Source: Squalus acanthias (taxonomy: Eukaryota). From it: a DNA stretch of 64,000 nucleotides. The position numbers and the translations under genes were made by a program. This document shows positions 1 to 13,489 of the stretch, piece after piece. The notes beneath the pieces were generated by a model. It was not told the origin of the DNA. It worked only from the letters and a program-made list of their open reading frames with translations, and ran no database searches. How positions within the stretch are numbered: the first letter of the stretch is position 1; the number at the start of each line of letters is the position of its first letter. The DNA lies in assembly GCA_030390025.1 (NCBI GenBank), contig CM059431.1, positions 141,052,001-141,116,000 of the forward strand, written 5' to 3'.

Positions 1-529
1 CCTCATTCCAAGTATTTGTTTGTAGTTGTTTTTCAGCTACCTGACAGTTTCCTGGTGAATCTGTTTTGTACAATGTCGAGAGGCTCAATATCATTCCTAA
101 AGCATATAGCGCGATACTGCACACAGTACTCTAATGCTACAGGCATATCTGATGTTCTTCAATGCAAAGTTAATAATTAAAGGAGTTTTCCGGGTCACGG
201 GGGTCACAAGGCAAAATATAATTTTTAACGAATTACTTCATTATCAGTGGCGGTATTTTTTTCTGAAGAAGTGAAAGGAGTGCGGCAAACTCATTCAATT
301 ATTTCCAGGAGGATTGGATCTCCGGCGTTCTGAATGTTATTTAATACTGGTGTCATTAGTCTATCGCCCTCCAAAGTATATGTGGATACGGTGTCAAGAT
401 GTAATTAGAGTGGGATGAGGCTCTCGTGCAGTATAAACACAGCATAGACCACTTGGGCCAAATGGACTGTTTCTCTGCTGCAGTTTCGATGTAATTCTAA
501 TCTGCCCTGAACAAAGTCACGAACTACAG

Positions 530-725
530 CCTCTGTGACTGTGACCATGGTATGTAAACCTGCCTTGTCCATCATTCACCTTTCCACAGCATTCGATATG
601 GTCTCATCTGGCATCCTTTTCCATGTCATGGCCTCCATTGTCCATCCCATAAAACTGCTCCTCGTGCGCTTACTGTACTAGCTCCCAGATCGCAGATAGC
701 AAATCTCCAGCAATGGGTTAACTAT
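530..725 (+). mobile_element. Degenerate L2 LINE RT fragment
   Basis: CTCTGTGACTGTGACCATGG...ACAGCATTCGATATGGTC resembles the L2 RT DLSAAFDTV region. Confidence 0.45.
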
Positions 726-933
726 CGGCCTTCTATCTCTCTCGTAGGTCAATATTGAAACGACGATTATGTGTCCGGTGCATAGCAATCGATTACTGTA
801 GCACTAGAGGCAGTTTTGATAGTTTCCATGTCAGAGCCAGAGTCAGAGTCAGAGCCAGAGCAATGGGCGGTGGATTCAAAGCTCTGTACTGAGATCGCCT
901 CATCATGCACCTCCATTGACTAGGTGAGGCTGC

Positions 934-1560
934 ATCATAGAATCATAGTATGATACAGCACAGAAAGAGATAATTCGGCCCATCGTGCCTGTGCCGGCTC
1001 TTTGGAAAAGCTATCCAGTTATTACGACTGCCCCTCTCTTTCCACATAGCCCTGTAAATGTTTTGCCGTAAAGTATTAATCCAATTCTCGTTTGAATGTT
1101 GCTAGTGCAATTACTTCCACCACCCTTTCAATGCATTCCAGATCACAACAACTCGCTGTGTAACAGAATGTTTCCTCATGTTGTATCTCATTATTTTGCT
1201 ACTAACTTTATATCTGCGTCGTCTGTTTACCGACACTTCTGCCACAGGAAACAGTTTCTCTGCATTTACTCATCAAAAACATTCATGAATTTGAACACCT
1301 AAATGAAAACTCCTCTTAACTATCTCTGCTCTAAAGAGAACAAACCAGCTTCGCCAGTCTCTCCCAATAACTGAGGTCCCTCCTCCATGGTACAATTCTC
1401 TCAAATCTGTTCTGCATCGTCTCCAAGGCCTTGATATCCTTCCTAAAGTGCGGTGACCGGATGGAATACAATTCTCCAGCTGAGGCCGAACCAGTCTTCT
1501 TTAACGGATTAACTTAACTTCCTTGCTTGTATTCTCTATTCCTCTAGTAATAAATCCAAG
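934..1560 (-). mobile_element. CR1 LINE 3' fragment
   Basis: CATAGAATCATAG tail and reverse-complement CR1 3' UTR and RT end. Confidence 0.75.
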
Positions 1561-2049
1561 GGCATCTCTTATGGTGTTAGCACCTGACTAATGAGCACTG
1601 TAGGAGGCGAGGACATTTAGCACTGTTCCAATAATATTAAACTAATGTGCAATGTTATCGGTCGTGTAACTTTAAGTAGATTGGTAACGCACAACATTTT
1701 TGTTTTGAATATCTTTAGGGGTTTTACAATATCTGAAAACGTCTTAAATACATAACTGGATTGATCTGACTGCTGCTTTACAATTATAATTCTTCACTTG
1801 TGTGCGTGTCCGGCTGTGTGTGGGCCCTCGCACCTTCATCCAATCAACCTCTCAGTCAGCGTCCTTTCCTTTCCCCACTGTGGAAATGTAAAAGCGATTT
1901 AGTCTCAGATTACTCATTTCTCCCACTATAGTTGAAGTTATCCTCCGGCATTAAATTTATAACCCAGTTTGTGACCTTGTAAAATTCAGTTTTCTGCTGT
2001 TTCACACACGCAGGCACTGGAATAATAAACATACGACAGCAACAATAGC

Positions 2050-3360
2050 ACAGTAGGGAATCAAGCTGAATACAGAAAATACGGAGGAGAAATTAAAAAG
2101 GAATTAAGAGGGGCAAGGAAAACGTATAAGAAAAGATTAGTGGTAATACAATAGGGAACACTAGAGTCTTTCTTATATATATAAAACCTAAAAGGACAGT
2201 CAACGGAAAGGTGCAATGATTAAGCACCAAAAGGGCAAACTTACTGTGGAAGCAATGGGCATGGCTGAGGTACCAATTGTATACTTTGCATCTGTCTTCA
2301 CTTAGGAAGAGGATGCTGCCAATGCTACAGTAAAGGGGAAGGGGGTAGAAACATTGTATAGGATATTAACAGACCAAGAGTAGGTACTAAAACGGTCGAC
2401 AGCTCTCAAAGTAGAAATGTCACCTGATCTGGATCGGATGCATCCGAGGTTGCTGAGAGAAGTAAGGGTAGAAATTGTGGAGGCTCTGCCCACAATCTTT
2501 GAATCCTCCTTGGATAAGAGAGTGGTGCCAGAGGACTGTAGAATTGAAAATGTTACACCCATCTTCAAAAATGGGGAGTCTGATAAACTAGTCTAGCGCC
2601 GGTGTTGAGTAAACTCATTGAGACAATAGCCAGAGAAAAAAATACTTCTCACTTGGAAGAACATGGGTTAACAAACGACAGCCAAAACAGATTGGTTAAA
2701 GTCAAATCAAGTCTGACTTGTTTGATTTTTTCAATGAAATAAGAGAGCGGACTGTTGAGGGTTGTAAAGTTGATTTTCTGTATATGGACTTTGAGAAGGC
2801 GTTTGATAAAGTACCTCATAATAGACTTGTTGGTAAAATTGAAGCAAATGATATTAAAGGTGCAATGTTAGCATGGATACTAAATTAGCAAAGGGACAGA
2901 AAGCAGAAAGTTGTGGCGAACCAATGTTTTTCATGCTGGAGATAAGTATACAGTGGTATCCCCAGGGGTCGGTTTTAGGAGCATTGCTCTTTTTGATATA
3001 TATTAAACACCTTCACTTGGGTATACAGGATATCATTTCAAAATTGCAGATGACACGAAACTCAGAAAAGTCATAAATCCATGGAGGAAGGTAAAAGAGT
3101 TCAGGAGGACATAAAACGTCTGGTAAAATGGACAGACATATGGCAGGTGACATTTAATGCCGAGGAGTGTGAAGTGATTCATTTTGGAAGAAAGAATGAG
3201 GAGATGCAGTATACAATAAATAGTGCAAGAGTAAAGGAAGTGCAAGAACAGGCAATCATGGGGGCATACATACCGAAATCTTTGAAGGTGGCAGGACAAA
3301 TCATAAGGCTTTTAGAAAAGTATACGGAATCATTGGATTTATAAATAGAGACATAGGAAT
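2050..3360 (+). mobile_element. Degenerate CR1 ORF2 (RT) fragment
   Basis: Motifs include DFEKAFDKVPH, YPQGSVLG and WQVTFNAEECEVIHFGRKN. Confidence 0.85.
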
Positions 3361-4350
3361 ACAAGAACGTAGGAACAGTAGGCTATTCATTCCCTCGAGC
3401 CTGTTCCACCATTCAGTTCCATCATGACTGATCTTTATCTTAACAGCATTTGTCCGCCTTGGTTCCATTACCGTAAATACTCTGTGACATGCATCTTGTA
3501 TGAAGTAATACTGGGCGGCCTGCTGGTGGTGCTGTTCAGGGAGAGTATAAATACTCGTGCATGGGCCTAGCTTGCTTAGGACATTACTCAACAAGATCTT
3601 AAGAAGGACACAACTCGATCTCCATGTTGAAAAACAGTTGATTAAAGCTTTGTTTAACACTTAGACCAAGTGCCTAGTAGTTTTCTTACGTCACTCTGGT
3701 CAAACAAAAATCTATCAAACTCAGTTTCGAAAATTTCAATTGACCCCCAGCCTCAACAGTGTGTTCCAGATTTCCATTCCCTTTGTGTGAAGAAATGTTT
3801 TCTAACATACCTGACCGGCTCAGCGCCGCTTTTAAGGCTATGCCCCCTTGTACTGGACTCCTCCACCAGAAGAAACAGTTTATCCCTTTTTATCTTATCA
3901 ATTACTTAGATCATCTTAAACACCTCATTTAAATCACCTCTTAATATTTTATATTCAAGGGAAGACAAGCTTCGTCTACGCTATCAGTCCTCATAATTTA
4001 ACACTTAACTCTGAGCTGCACCACCACCAAATCCAAAATATCTTTCCTGAGGTGCGGGGCCCAGAACAACATTGAACTCTGAATCGGTTCTAACCAGCGC
4101 TCTGTACAGCTGTGACTTAACGTCTACCCCTTTGTATTCCAGCCCTCTGGAGATAAAGCCCGACGCTCCATTAGCCTTTTTACTTATTTTAACCTATCCA
4201 CTAACTTCTAGTAATTTATATACTCGGAGCACTAATTCCCTCTGCTCATTCACGGTGCCCAGCTTCTCACTATTTAGAAAATACACTGATCTCTCTTTTT
4301 CACGACCAATGTGAATTACCTCCTACATTGAACTCCAGCATCCATAGTTA
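3361..4350 (-). mobile_element. CR1 3' fragment interrupted by a solo LTR
   Basis: Reverse CR1 tail (GGCTATTCATTCCCTCGAGCCTG...) and RT end; the element resumes after 3698. Confidence 0.75.
3485..3693 (+). mobile_element. 209-bp solo LTR
   Basis: TGAC...GTCA termini, 5-bp TSD CTCTG (3480-3484 and 3694-3698), internal TATAAATA and ATTAAA. Confidence 0.7.
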
Positions 4351-4369
4351 TGCCCATAGAGTTAACATG

Positions 4370-4945
4370 CAACAAAATCATTAACCATTATCAAAGAATG
4401 GTTCGGCCTCAGCTGAAGTGCTGTGTCCAAAACTGAGCACCACATTTTATAAAGGCTTTCAATAACTTGGCGACGGTGTAGAGGAGATTTACTCCAATGG
4501 TAACAGAGATAATGGACTTCTGCTAAATGGAGACACGAGAGAAGTTAGAATTGTTCTCCTTAGAACAGAAACGTTTAAGGGGAGATTTAATAGAGGTGTG
4601 AAAGATTATGAAGGTGCTTTGATAGAGTAAATATCCATTGGCATAAGGGTAGGTCAACAGTGGACGCAGATTTAATGTAATTGACAAAAGAGCGAGAGGT
4701 GAGATGAGCTGATTGTTTTTAGGCATCCCGTTATTATGACCTGGAATGCAATGTCTGAAAGAGTGGTGGGAGCAGAGGCAATAGTAACTTTTAAAACTGA
4801 ATTAGTTAAATAAACAAAGGGGCGAACATTAGCAGTGCTCTGGGGACAGAGCAGGGGAGTGGGACAGATTAGATTTCTCTTTCAAAGAGCCAGTACAGGC
4901 ACGTTGTGCCAAATTGCCTCATTCTATGCTGTATGGTTCCAATGC
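4370..4945 (+). mobile_element. CR1 3' fragment
   Basis: RPQLxxCVQ...LFSLEQKRLRGDLIEV-type RT end plus 3' UTR. Confidence 0.7.
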
Positions 4946-5180
4946 ATTATGGCATCACCTCTAACTTTTTTTTACAAAGCATGTAATAAACGATAAATGT
5001 ACTTGAATAATATTTACAGAAGCAGACTTTTAGCGTGTGAAATTGCATTTGGAATTTTTATTCTGTTAACCAGCAAAGATGACCAACAATTGATAAAAAG
5101 GGAGAAATTAGAATAGGAGAGTATACTAGCAAGAAACACAAAAAAGATTGCAAGTGCTTCCACAAGTATGTAAGAAGAAG

Positions 5181-6043
5181 AGAGTCATAGAGTCATAGAG
5201 TCATAACGGCACAGAACGAGACCATTCGGCCCATGGAGTCCGTGCCGGCTGTCTGTAGAGCAATCCAGTCAGACCCATTCCCTCGCTTTATCCCCGTAGC
5301 CCTGCAAGTTTATTTCCCTGAAGTGCGTATCCAGTCTGTCCTTGAAAACATTGAGTGTCTCCGATTCCACCACATCCATCGGCAGCGAATTCTAGGTCCT
5401 CACCACTCGATGCATAAAAATGTTTTTCCTCACAGCACCCTGTATCTCTTGCCCAAAACATTGAATCTGTGCCCCTAGTCCTTGTACCATCATCTAGTGG
5501 GAACAGCCTTGTCCTGTCTAGCCTATCCAAACACGTCGTAATCTTGTGCACCTCTATCAATTTACACCTCAATCTCCTTTGCTCTAATGAAAACAAATCC
5601 AGCTTCTCCAACCTGTCCTTTTAGCTAAGATCCCCCATCCCTGGAACCATTCTGGTAAATCTCCTCTGCACCCTCACAAGTGCCTTCACATTCTTCCTAA
5701 AGTATGGTGACCAGAACTGGACGCTATACTCCAGTTGTGGCCAAACCAGCGCTTTATAAAGGTTCAGCATAACTTTTCTACTTTTGTACTCAATACCTCT
5801 ATTTATGAAGCCCAAGATCCCATATGCTTTGCTAACCACTCTCTCAATATGTCCCGCCACCTTCAGGGATCTATGCACATTAATACCCAGGTCCCTCTGT
5901 ACCTGCACACCCCTTAAAACTGTGCCATTCAGTGTATATTGCCTCTCACTGTTCCTTCTGCCCAAATGCATCATCTTACACTTCTCTATTTAATTCCATC
6001 TGCCACTTGTCTGCCCATTCTGCTAGCCTTTATATGTCCTGTT
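5181..6043 (-). mobile_element. CR1 3' fragment
   Basis: (AGAGTCAT)n tail; the ORFs contain LYKALVWPQLEYSVQFWSP and LFSLEQRRLR. Confidence 0.85.
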
Positions 6044-6815
6044 CATAGAATCATAGAAAGTTACAGCACGGAAGGAGCCCATTTCGGCCCATCGTGTCCG
6101 CGCCGGCCAACATAGTGCTATCCAGCCGAATCCCACTTCCCAGCACTTGGTCCGTAGCCCTGCAGGTTACAGCATCCCAAGGGCTCATCCAGGGACTTTA
6201 TAAATTTGGTTAGTTTTCCAGCCTCTACCACCCTTTCAGGCAGTGAGTTCCAGAGCCCAACAACCGTCTGGGTGAAGAAAATTCCCCTCAAATCCCCTCT
6301 AAACCTTCCCATAATTATTTTAAATCTGTGCCCCCTGGTTTTGACCCCTCTGCTAAGGGAAATAAGTAATTTCTATCCACTTTATCCATGCCCCTCATAA
6401 TTTTATACAATTAAATATTGTCTCTCCTCCGCCTCCACTGTTCCAATGAAAATAGACCCAGCCTATCCAGTCTTTCCTCATAGCTAAGATTCTCTACTCC
6501 GGCAACATCCTTGTTCATCTCCTCTGTAGCCTCTCTAGTGCAATCACATCTTTCCTGTAATGTGATGACCAGAACTGCACACAGTACTCTAGCTGAGGCA
6601 TAACTAGTGTTTTATACAGTTGAAGCATAACCCCCCTGCTCTTGTATTCTATGCCACGGCTAATAAAGGCAGGCATTCCGTATGCCTTCTTAACCACCTT
6701 ATCTACCTGGCCTGCTACAGTCGATTGGTATCATCCTCACTGTTTGCCACTCCCCCAAGTTTGTTGTCATCGGCATAATTAGAAATTCTACTCTGTATTC
6801 CAATATCCAGGCAAT
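6044..6815 (-). mobile_element. CR1 3' fragment
   Basis: CATAGAATCATAGAA tail, LYKTLVMPQLEYCVQFWS and a YADD motif near 6770. Confidence 0.85.
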
Positions 6816-7029
6816 ATATATATATAAAAGCTGCGATGAAGTTTGGAGCTGAGCGGTCCTGGCTGAGCAGGAGCAGAATGTTGGTGAGCTGAATGTTGTT
6901 TTGTAGCTGACCCTCGATAATTCTACAGTTGACTAATTTCATCACTGTGTTGATGATTATTAAGATATTAATAGGGCAAAAAATGGCTCTGTAAATTGTG
7001 TCATTTTCCAATGAATTGAACAGACGTGG

Positions 7030-7805
7030 GCAATTTCTTATGTTAACAGGTATACTAGTCCCACAGCTCTACTGGAATAAACTGGCTGTATGGGTGGGGG
7101 ATGGTTAATCGTTTTTGGCAGGTCTTAGTAACTACAGACAGGTACATCAAGCAATTAGGAAAGCAAATGGTATGTTTGTCTTTGTTACAACTGGATTGGA
7201 GTGTCGGAGTAAAGATATGTTATTGTAAATATATATGGCCTTGGTGAGAACACACCTGGAGTACTGTGTACAGTTTTTGTCTCCTTACCTAAGGAAGCAT
7301 ATACTTGCCTTAGAGGGAGTGGAACGATGGACCGCCAGACTTATTCCTGGGATGGTGGGGGGGCGGGAGTGTCCTGTGAGTAGATATGGAGGAGACTATC
7401 CCTCTATTCCCTAGAATTTAGAAGAATGTGAGGTTATCTCATTGAAAAGTATAACATTCTTAAAGGCCTTGACAGGATAAATGCTTGGAGGGTGTTTCCC
7501 CTGGCTGGGGAGTCTAGAAATAGGTGTCACTGTCTCAGGTAAAGGGTCAGTCATTTAGGTTCGAGATGAGGAGCAATGTCTTCACTCAGAGGGTTGTGAA
7601 TCCTTGTAATTATCTACCCCAGAGGGCTGTGGATGCTCATTCGTTGAGTATATTTTCAGAACAGAGATGGATTTATGGATACTAAGGGTACCAAATAATA
7701 TGGGACTACTGTGAAAGTTGGATTTGAGGTAGAAGATGAGCCATGATGTTATTGAATGGCCGAATGGCAGACTCCAGCTCCTATTTCTTATGTTCTTATG
7801 TTCTT
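7030..7805 (+). mobile_element. CR1 3' fragment
   Basis: HLEYCVQFLSPYLRK-like RT end and TATGTTCTTATGTTCT tail. Confidence 0.8.
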
Positions 7806-8289
7806 AACTCGGGTTCTGTTAGGACGCATTACCTCTGTGGCCAGAGAGTTCCAGCGCGTCCTAATGTCACGTGGGGAGATCTCCATTGGCTTGACGCTGG
7901 GCTGAATGCTAATGTGAGCCACGTTTGCTCGTTAAAATTGCACTTTTGGCTGCAGCTGCATCGAACACTGCAGCCTTGCTTCCATCACCGGGGTGTTCTT
8001 GGACCCGCCCCTGCCTGATAATCTCCTGTTGCCACTCCCATTAATAAATGGATGTGGCAGGCAGTGTACGCTTAGTTCTTATTATTTGGCCGTGGAACGC
8101 ATTAACTTGATATGAAACACGCTGCTTTTGCCGTTTTTGGTCTTAATTGTAGTTTCACTAAGTTAGTGCCTCATTCTCAGTTTCAATGCTGTTGTTCCTG
8201 TCACGTTATTTAATTACCCCCAATTGAACCCATAGTTGGAATTTTGACATTATAGTGCTGGTAGATTGTAGAATTTTATAGGTCAGGCG

Positions 8290-8660
8290 ATCAGACCTTG
8301 TCGAGGGATATAATTCTGCGAATTTGAAGGGACCACAACACCTTATGTATGCCCAGTATCTGGCTTTTAGTTATTGCCTCACTGGTAGAACTGCACAATA
8401 GAGGGTGTTCTCCTTGTGGAGTCCAGGCCTTGTCACTAGAAGGATTGTTTGGTGGTTACATCGATCAATGCAATCGTCGACAGACGTGTCTCTGACTGGA
8501 GCATTATTTAAGATGTGATCGAGTAGGTCACTCCACCCTGCCAGTACTCTCACAACACATGCAGTAGTCTGGGAGATTGCCTTTGTAAATATAATCTGTA
8601 TCAGGCTGTTGCTTGAGCAATCTGTGGGGGAGCTCTTCCAAATTAGCACCGGACCCCAGA
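8290..8660 (-). mobile_element. Degenerate endonuclease fragment of the LINE family seen at 12992-18227
   Basis: LDHILNNAPVRDTSVDDCIDRCNHQTILL aligns with FELVLNNIPGADSSVHDSIGSCDYRTVNV (about 14750-14830). Confidence 0.55.
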
Positions 8661-9559
8661 TGGAAGTCAGGAAGAATTTTTTTTTGGGCTGGTTTGGAAT
8701 TGCCTGAGTATTGTCCTGAGTTGATGCCGCATTGTTATTGATTGATCCATATTATAGTTCCCTTATTTATTGTTTCACTCACGTGCTCTGAATATCACTT
8801 TGTTTGTCAGCACAACTGCAGGTTCTTTTTCAGTGAATATTTTTTCCCAGGGCCCCTGTTGTCTTTGGCAGGGATGATGCCACCTGGGAATGGAAAGTGA
8901 GACGATGGAGAGACAGCTTTATTAGTAATGTTGGGAGATTTACAGTCACGTCCATTGTTTGTTCCCATTTTTAAACAACATATTTTTAGATCAGATACTC
9001 TGGAATGTGTAAATCCGGTTTCATGCTTGTTTGGATTAAGTGCGATTGACTCTGTCTAGCAGGATCATCTCTTTGACTGAATATTGGCAAATCTCCCCGG
9101 CCTGCTGCACGCCCACAGTGCAGAGTTGCAAATATACAAAATAATCCTGCCTTTTCTCCCTCTGCAAGTATCTCTGGTGGAGTTTAATGAACTTTATTTC
9201 CAGTGTTTGGATTCCATAAATGTGCAGACTGTTTGAGCAAATATAGCATGGGACACAATACATTGTCCTTTTAGATCTGTTTTCAATAATTTGCGGCACT
9301 TTGATTTGTGTCTGACTCAGGGCGCACCAGGCTCTATGAAGTCTGGGCAGGGTTGGACGGAAGTAGGCTTTCTGCAATCTGAGGAGTGTTCAAAGGTTGG
9401 CTGTTCTTTTTGCAGAAGACTAATAATTGTTGCCGTCTTGCTGAATACTTGATCGTGATGTGATGGCTGGGTCCAGGCCACATCTCACTGAGAATTTATA
9501 CCCAGTAACTTCTGCTCTTTGCTGGCCTTGATTTGTTGTGACCGCCACCATATCCTCAC

Positions 9560-10415
9560 CTGCTGTGCTGTGCGACTGTTTCGGTTGGAATCTCTCTAGT
9601 TTCCTCACTAAGTCGCTGTGTTGGGACACAATCTTTAATATCTTCAAAAAACATTTCCACTGATGGGGCCTCCACAACCAATGTTTCACCAATAAATGTC
9701 AGGAAACTAAAATTGCCCATAATACAGACATTTCCCAATCCAATGGCCTTTCCAGGACTCATGGCTATAGCAGGTCATGAATTGCATTCGAGATAATAAA
9801 AGCCTGATTATGATTTAATTCTATATGTTCACATATCTATTTGAGTGGATGATCTCGCAAGCCGTACAGGAGTGACGCCCTCCTCCTGAGGGAGGGAACA
9901 GTTGAAGCGTTGATTTCGCTCTGGACACATTGGGCGAGTCCGGAGTCTCTCCACTGGTCCACCTCAAATTACCCCAGTTTGCTGACAGTTGCCAAGTGGT
10001 TAAGCTGTTGCGCTTCTGATCCTTTGTGCGGTGCACGCACGGATTCCAGTCCCGGATTCGCCTGTGGGTCTGCGATGGCTGTGAAGCTTGCTGCATTTGA
10101 TCCTGTTGGGCAAATCCCGCCTTGGGCTAGCCCAGTGCCAGTCTACTGGGCAACCTTCCCATAGTTTCATCCAGTGTATTTAATAATTTGTGGTCAAAGT
10201 GCCTCGTCACAAAGGGCTCCTTGTCCTGTGGGACTGTACCAGGTGTGAGGGATTAATTTGTGACTGTAACTTTAAACTGACTGGTTCCAAATAGTTTCGT
10301 CTGTACCCGATGTTCTAAAGTCGGCGCTTTCTTGAGTAGTTAGTTTCCTTTTCAAATATAGCAACACCTTTTCTTTCTTCACCTCCCCTATCCCTCCGAG
10401 AAAAAAATAACCTTT
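9560..10415 (-). mobile_element. Old CR1 endonuclease fragments with an internal insertion (about 9830-10300)
   Basis: RRDRGGEERKGVAI near 10400 and VCIMGNFSF...FFEDIKDC..TQ near 9700. Confidence 0.5.
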
Positions 10416-11149
10416 AAGGAGTGGAATTTGACTTTACTTCGACAACACTGATACTGAAGAACCTACATTATTTATGAATAGGAACAGGTGTTCACGTATA
10501 TAACCTAAGGATTCTACCACAAATTGTTTAACTGGAAGATCTGTTTAGTTTTATAAAGCTGGTCGGCCTTACAAACAAAGACCACGTCCCACTGCTCCAT
10601 TGTATCGACTGCATCCGAATGTAGCACGTGGCTCGTGTAGGACTATTTCAGCCTCGAGGTGCTTCAAAAGGTTTTTCTGTCGTTACAGTTCTCACACTGA
10701 CGACTATGAGATAGAACCTTTTCCTTACTTGCTGCATTTGTGTTTTATTATTGTGGTTCGAACATATTCAAATTGTTTGATAATATTACTTTTATTGTTT
10801 TGTTCCTCAGTGTGTTATACAGCGCTAATGATATCCTTTCCCCTCCATCTCCAATGCAGTCGATCCCAGGTCAGCTGCAACAGCTTCTGTGTTCTCTGAA
10901 CTCTGTGTATTGCACTTCTGCATTGTGTCAGGTAGAAACACAAATAGGGTGCAATCAAACAAGTTTGTAAAATTAAAGGCATCTAATACTCAACCAATCA
11001 GTGCTGAGTGTAAGAAACAGCTAAAGAAAACGAAGGCACCTATTAGATCAACTAATAGGCTTATGAAAAAGATGATCCTAGATAATTGTGGAATTTATGG
11101 GGAAGTGATGTAAAGAGTCTGTGAACTGTGAAAATCTGTATTGGCCATT

Positions 11150-12760
11150 AAAGAATGGTCAAGGTCACCTTACAACGGACTCACTGCGTCTGGAGAAATA
11201 ATAAATGGTCACTTTGCAGCGGTCCTCACAGTTGAAGACGATGCTCGACTATTAGAATTGAATGATTTTAATAATACAACTAGTAATAAAATTAATGAAC
11301 ATTTGGCTTTATAGAGATTTAATAATTTGAAAGTTGACAGGGCAGCCTGGCCGGATGATATCCACCCTATTTTCCTCAGGGAAATGGGGCACGTGCTGTG
11401 AGAGCCATATTTTTGTAACTCACTGTACTCTGTGATGGTTCCTCTAGACTGGAAGAGGCTAATGCAGTCCCAATCTTTAAACAAAAAGTGACAAGAGGGA
11501 CCCGGGTAACTGTAGCCCCATTAGTTTGTCATCAGTGACAGAAAATATGCTTGTGGGAATCATTAGCAATGCAATAAATGATTGTTTGGATAGACATATT
11601 AGGAACGTCGTACATGGCTTCAAAAAATGGTCATGTCTTACAAATCTGATCGGGAAAATGGTAAATTTTAATTGTCTTCTTAGACTTCAAAAAGCTGTTG
11701 ATAATGTAACGCACAAGTGGCTTCTCTACAATATCGATGCCGCTGGTTCTGGTTGTAAATGTTGAGCTGGATTGCGAAGTGCCTGGAAGGACGAAATGAA
11801 AAAAAATAGTTATAGATGGATTTTAATCTGTTTGGAGCACGGACACCAGCGGCGTCCCGCAGGGATCGGTGTTGGGACCGTTGCTATTAATTAATCTTAT
11901 TAATGATCTAGTTGTCGGCGTTGGGGGCACGTTCTGCAGATCTGAAGAAGATTCTGACATCATTGCGAGAGTTTGGTCTGTAGACGATGCTCGATGGCTT
12001 TAGGCGGATCTTAATGTGTTGGGACATTCGGCTCGTGATCGGCAAATGATGATTAATTTGGAAAAGTGCTGTTCCATGTAAAGGGGCAGAGGGATGCTCA
12101 ACAGTCAGATACCATTCAGGGAAAAGCATTAATGAAGATGGAGAAAGGAAGATCCTGACATTCTAGTGCATACATCTCTAAAGGTACACGAGCAATACCG
12201 TGAATCGATAGCTAGAGAGAATAGGGTGTTGGGGTGCATTCATTGAACAATTGATTACAAGACACGACATACTATTTGTCCTTGTACAAGACCTTGGTAA
12301 AGGCTTCACTTTGAATACTGTGTCCAGTTTGGCCTCCTCACATTTTGGTTAATAATGAGGCATTGGAAAGGGTGCAGAAGAGGGTCGCTAGACTAATTCC
12401 CAGAATAAAGCATCTTAGTTTATCAAGTTAGGCTAAAAGAGCTCGGACTCTACAGTTTAGAAAAGCGTAGATTTAGGGGTGATTTGATTGCGGTTTATAA
12501 AAGGTGAAGCGAATAGTTTGTGTTCTAGCTTCCAATTTGTTCCAATTAAATAGATTAGGAAGGACCAGGGGATCACAACTGTAAGAATGATAAGGTCAGA
12601 TCTAGTTTAGATGTCAGTGAATAGTTTACCTCTGGAACAGGCCGCCGTCTCATGGGGTGAAGAGTGTATATATTGTGATACACAATGTATTACAATTGTG
12701 TGAGACAGGCTGGATGGACCAAAGGGTCTTTACCTGTCCGGCATTGTTCGTATCTTGGTA
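11150..12760 (+). mobile_element. Degenerate CR1 RT and 3' end
   Basis: Motifs include PDDIHP, GVPQGSVLGPLL and FEYCVQF. Confidence 0.75.
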
Positions 12761-13008
12761 AAGATCTCAGTGAAGAAACAGCGGCTACAAACAATTAGTG
12801 ACTGAACAAAGCTGCTGCTTTTTAGCATTTATTATTTGGAAAAATATTAAAAATGAAAATAAGACAAAGTTTTCTAGGCACAGTTACCTCTATGAAATAA
12901 TTATCGGATTTAAGACCAGTTTGCTCACAACAGTATTTGACACAGTGCGCCTGTTTCTATTAACCTGTGCAGGCGCCAGTGTACATTATGCGGGAACGGT
13001 AGCATAGT

Positions 13009-13315
13009 CACAATCACAGAATCCCCACAGTGCAGATAGAGGCCATTTCGGCCCATCGAGCCTGCACCGACACATATCCCACCCTATCCCCATAACCCCA
13101 CGTATTTAATCCCCCTAACACTAAGGGTCAATTTATCATAGCCAAATCAACCTAACCCGCACATCTTTAGACTGCGGGAGGAAACTGGAGGAAACCCATA
13201 CAGACACGGGGAGAATGTGCAAACTCCACACAGACAGTCACCCGAGGGCGGATTCGAACCCGGGTCATTGGCGCTACGAAGCAACAGTGCTAACCACTAT
13301 GCCACCGTGTTGCCA
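13009..13315 (-). mobile_element. HE1-like tRNA-derived SINE (V-SINE)
   Basis: On the minus strand: A box TGGCATAGTGG, B box GGTTCGAATCC, V-domain GTCTGTGTGGAGTTTGCACATTCTCCCCGTGTCTG and a CR1-like tail. Confidence 0.85.
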
Positions 13316-13489
13316 TAGCAGCTATGTTACTGGACTAATAATCCAGAGGTCTGGACTAGTGATCTCAGCGTATGTGGATTCAAATACCACTAATGCATAA
13401 ATTTAAATTCAGTTGATGAAATAAATCTGGAATAAAATGCTAGTATCAATAATGGTGATCATTAAATATCGGATTGTTGTAAAAAAAAA

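Noticed and set aside
55..265. Peptides VNLFCTMSRG..KHIARY and FIISGGIF faintly resembling the GPCR family
   Set aside because: Too short and wrongly spaced to distinguish from chance without a profile search.
13240..13315. tRNA gene-like A/B boxes (also at about 36360 and 53440-53495)
   Set aside because: These are SINE heads continuous with SINE bodies, with no complete cloverleaf.
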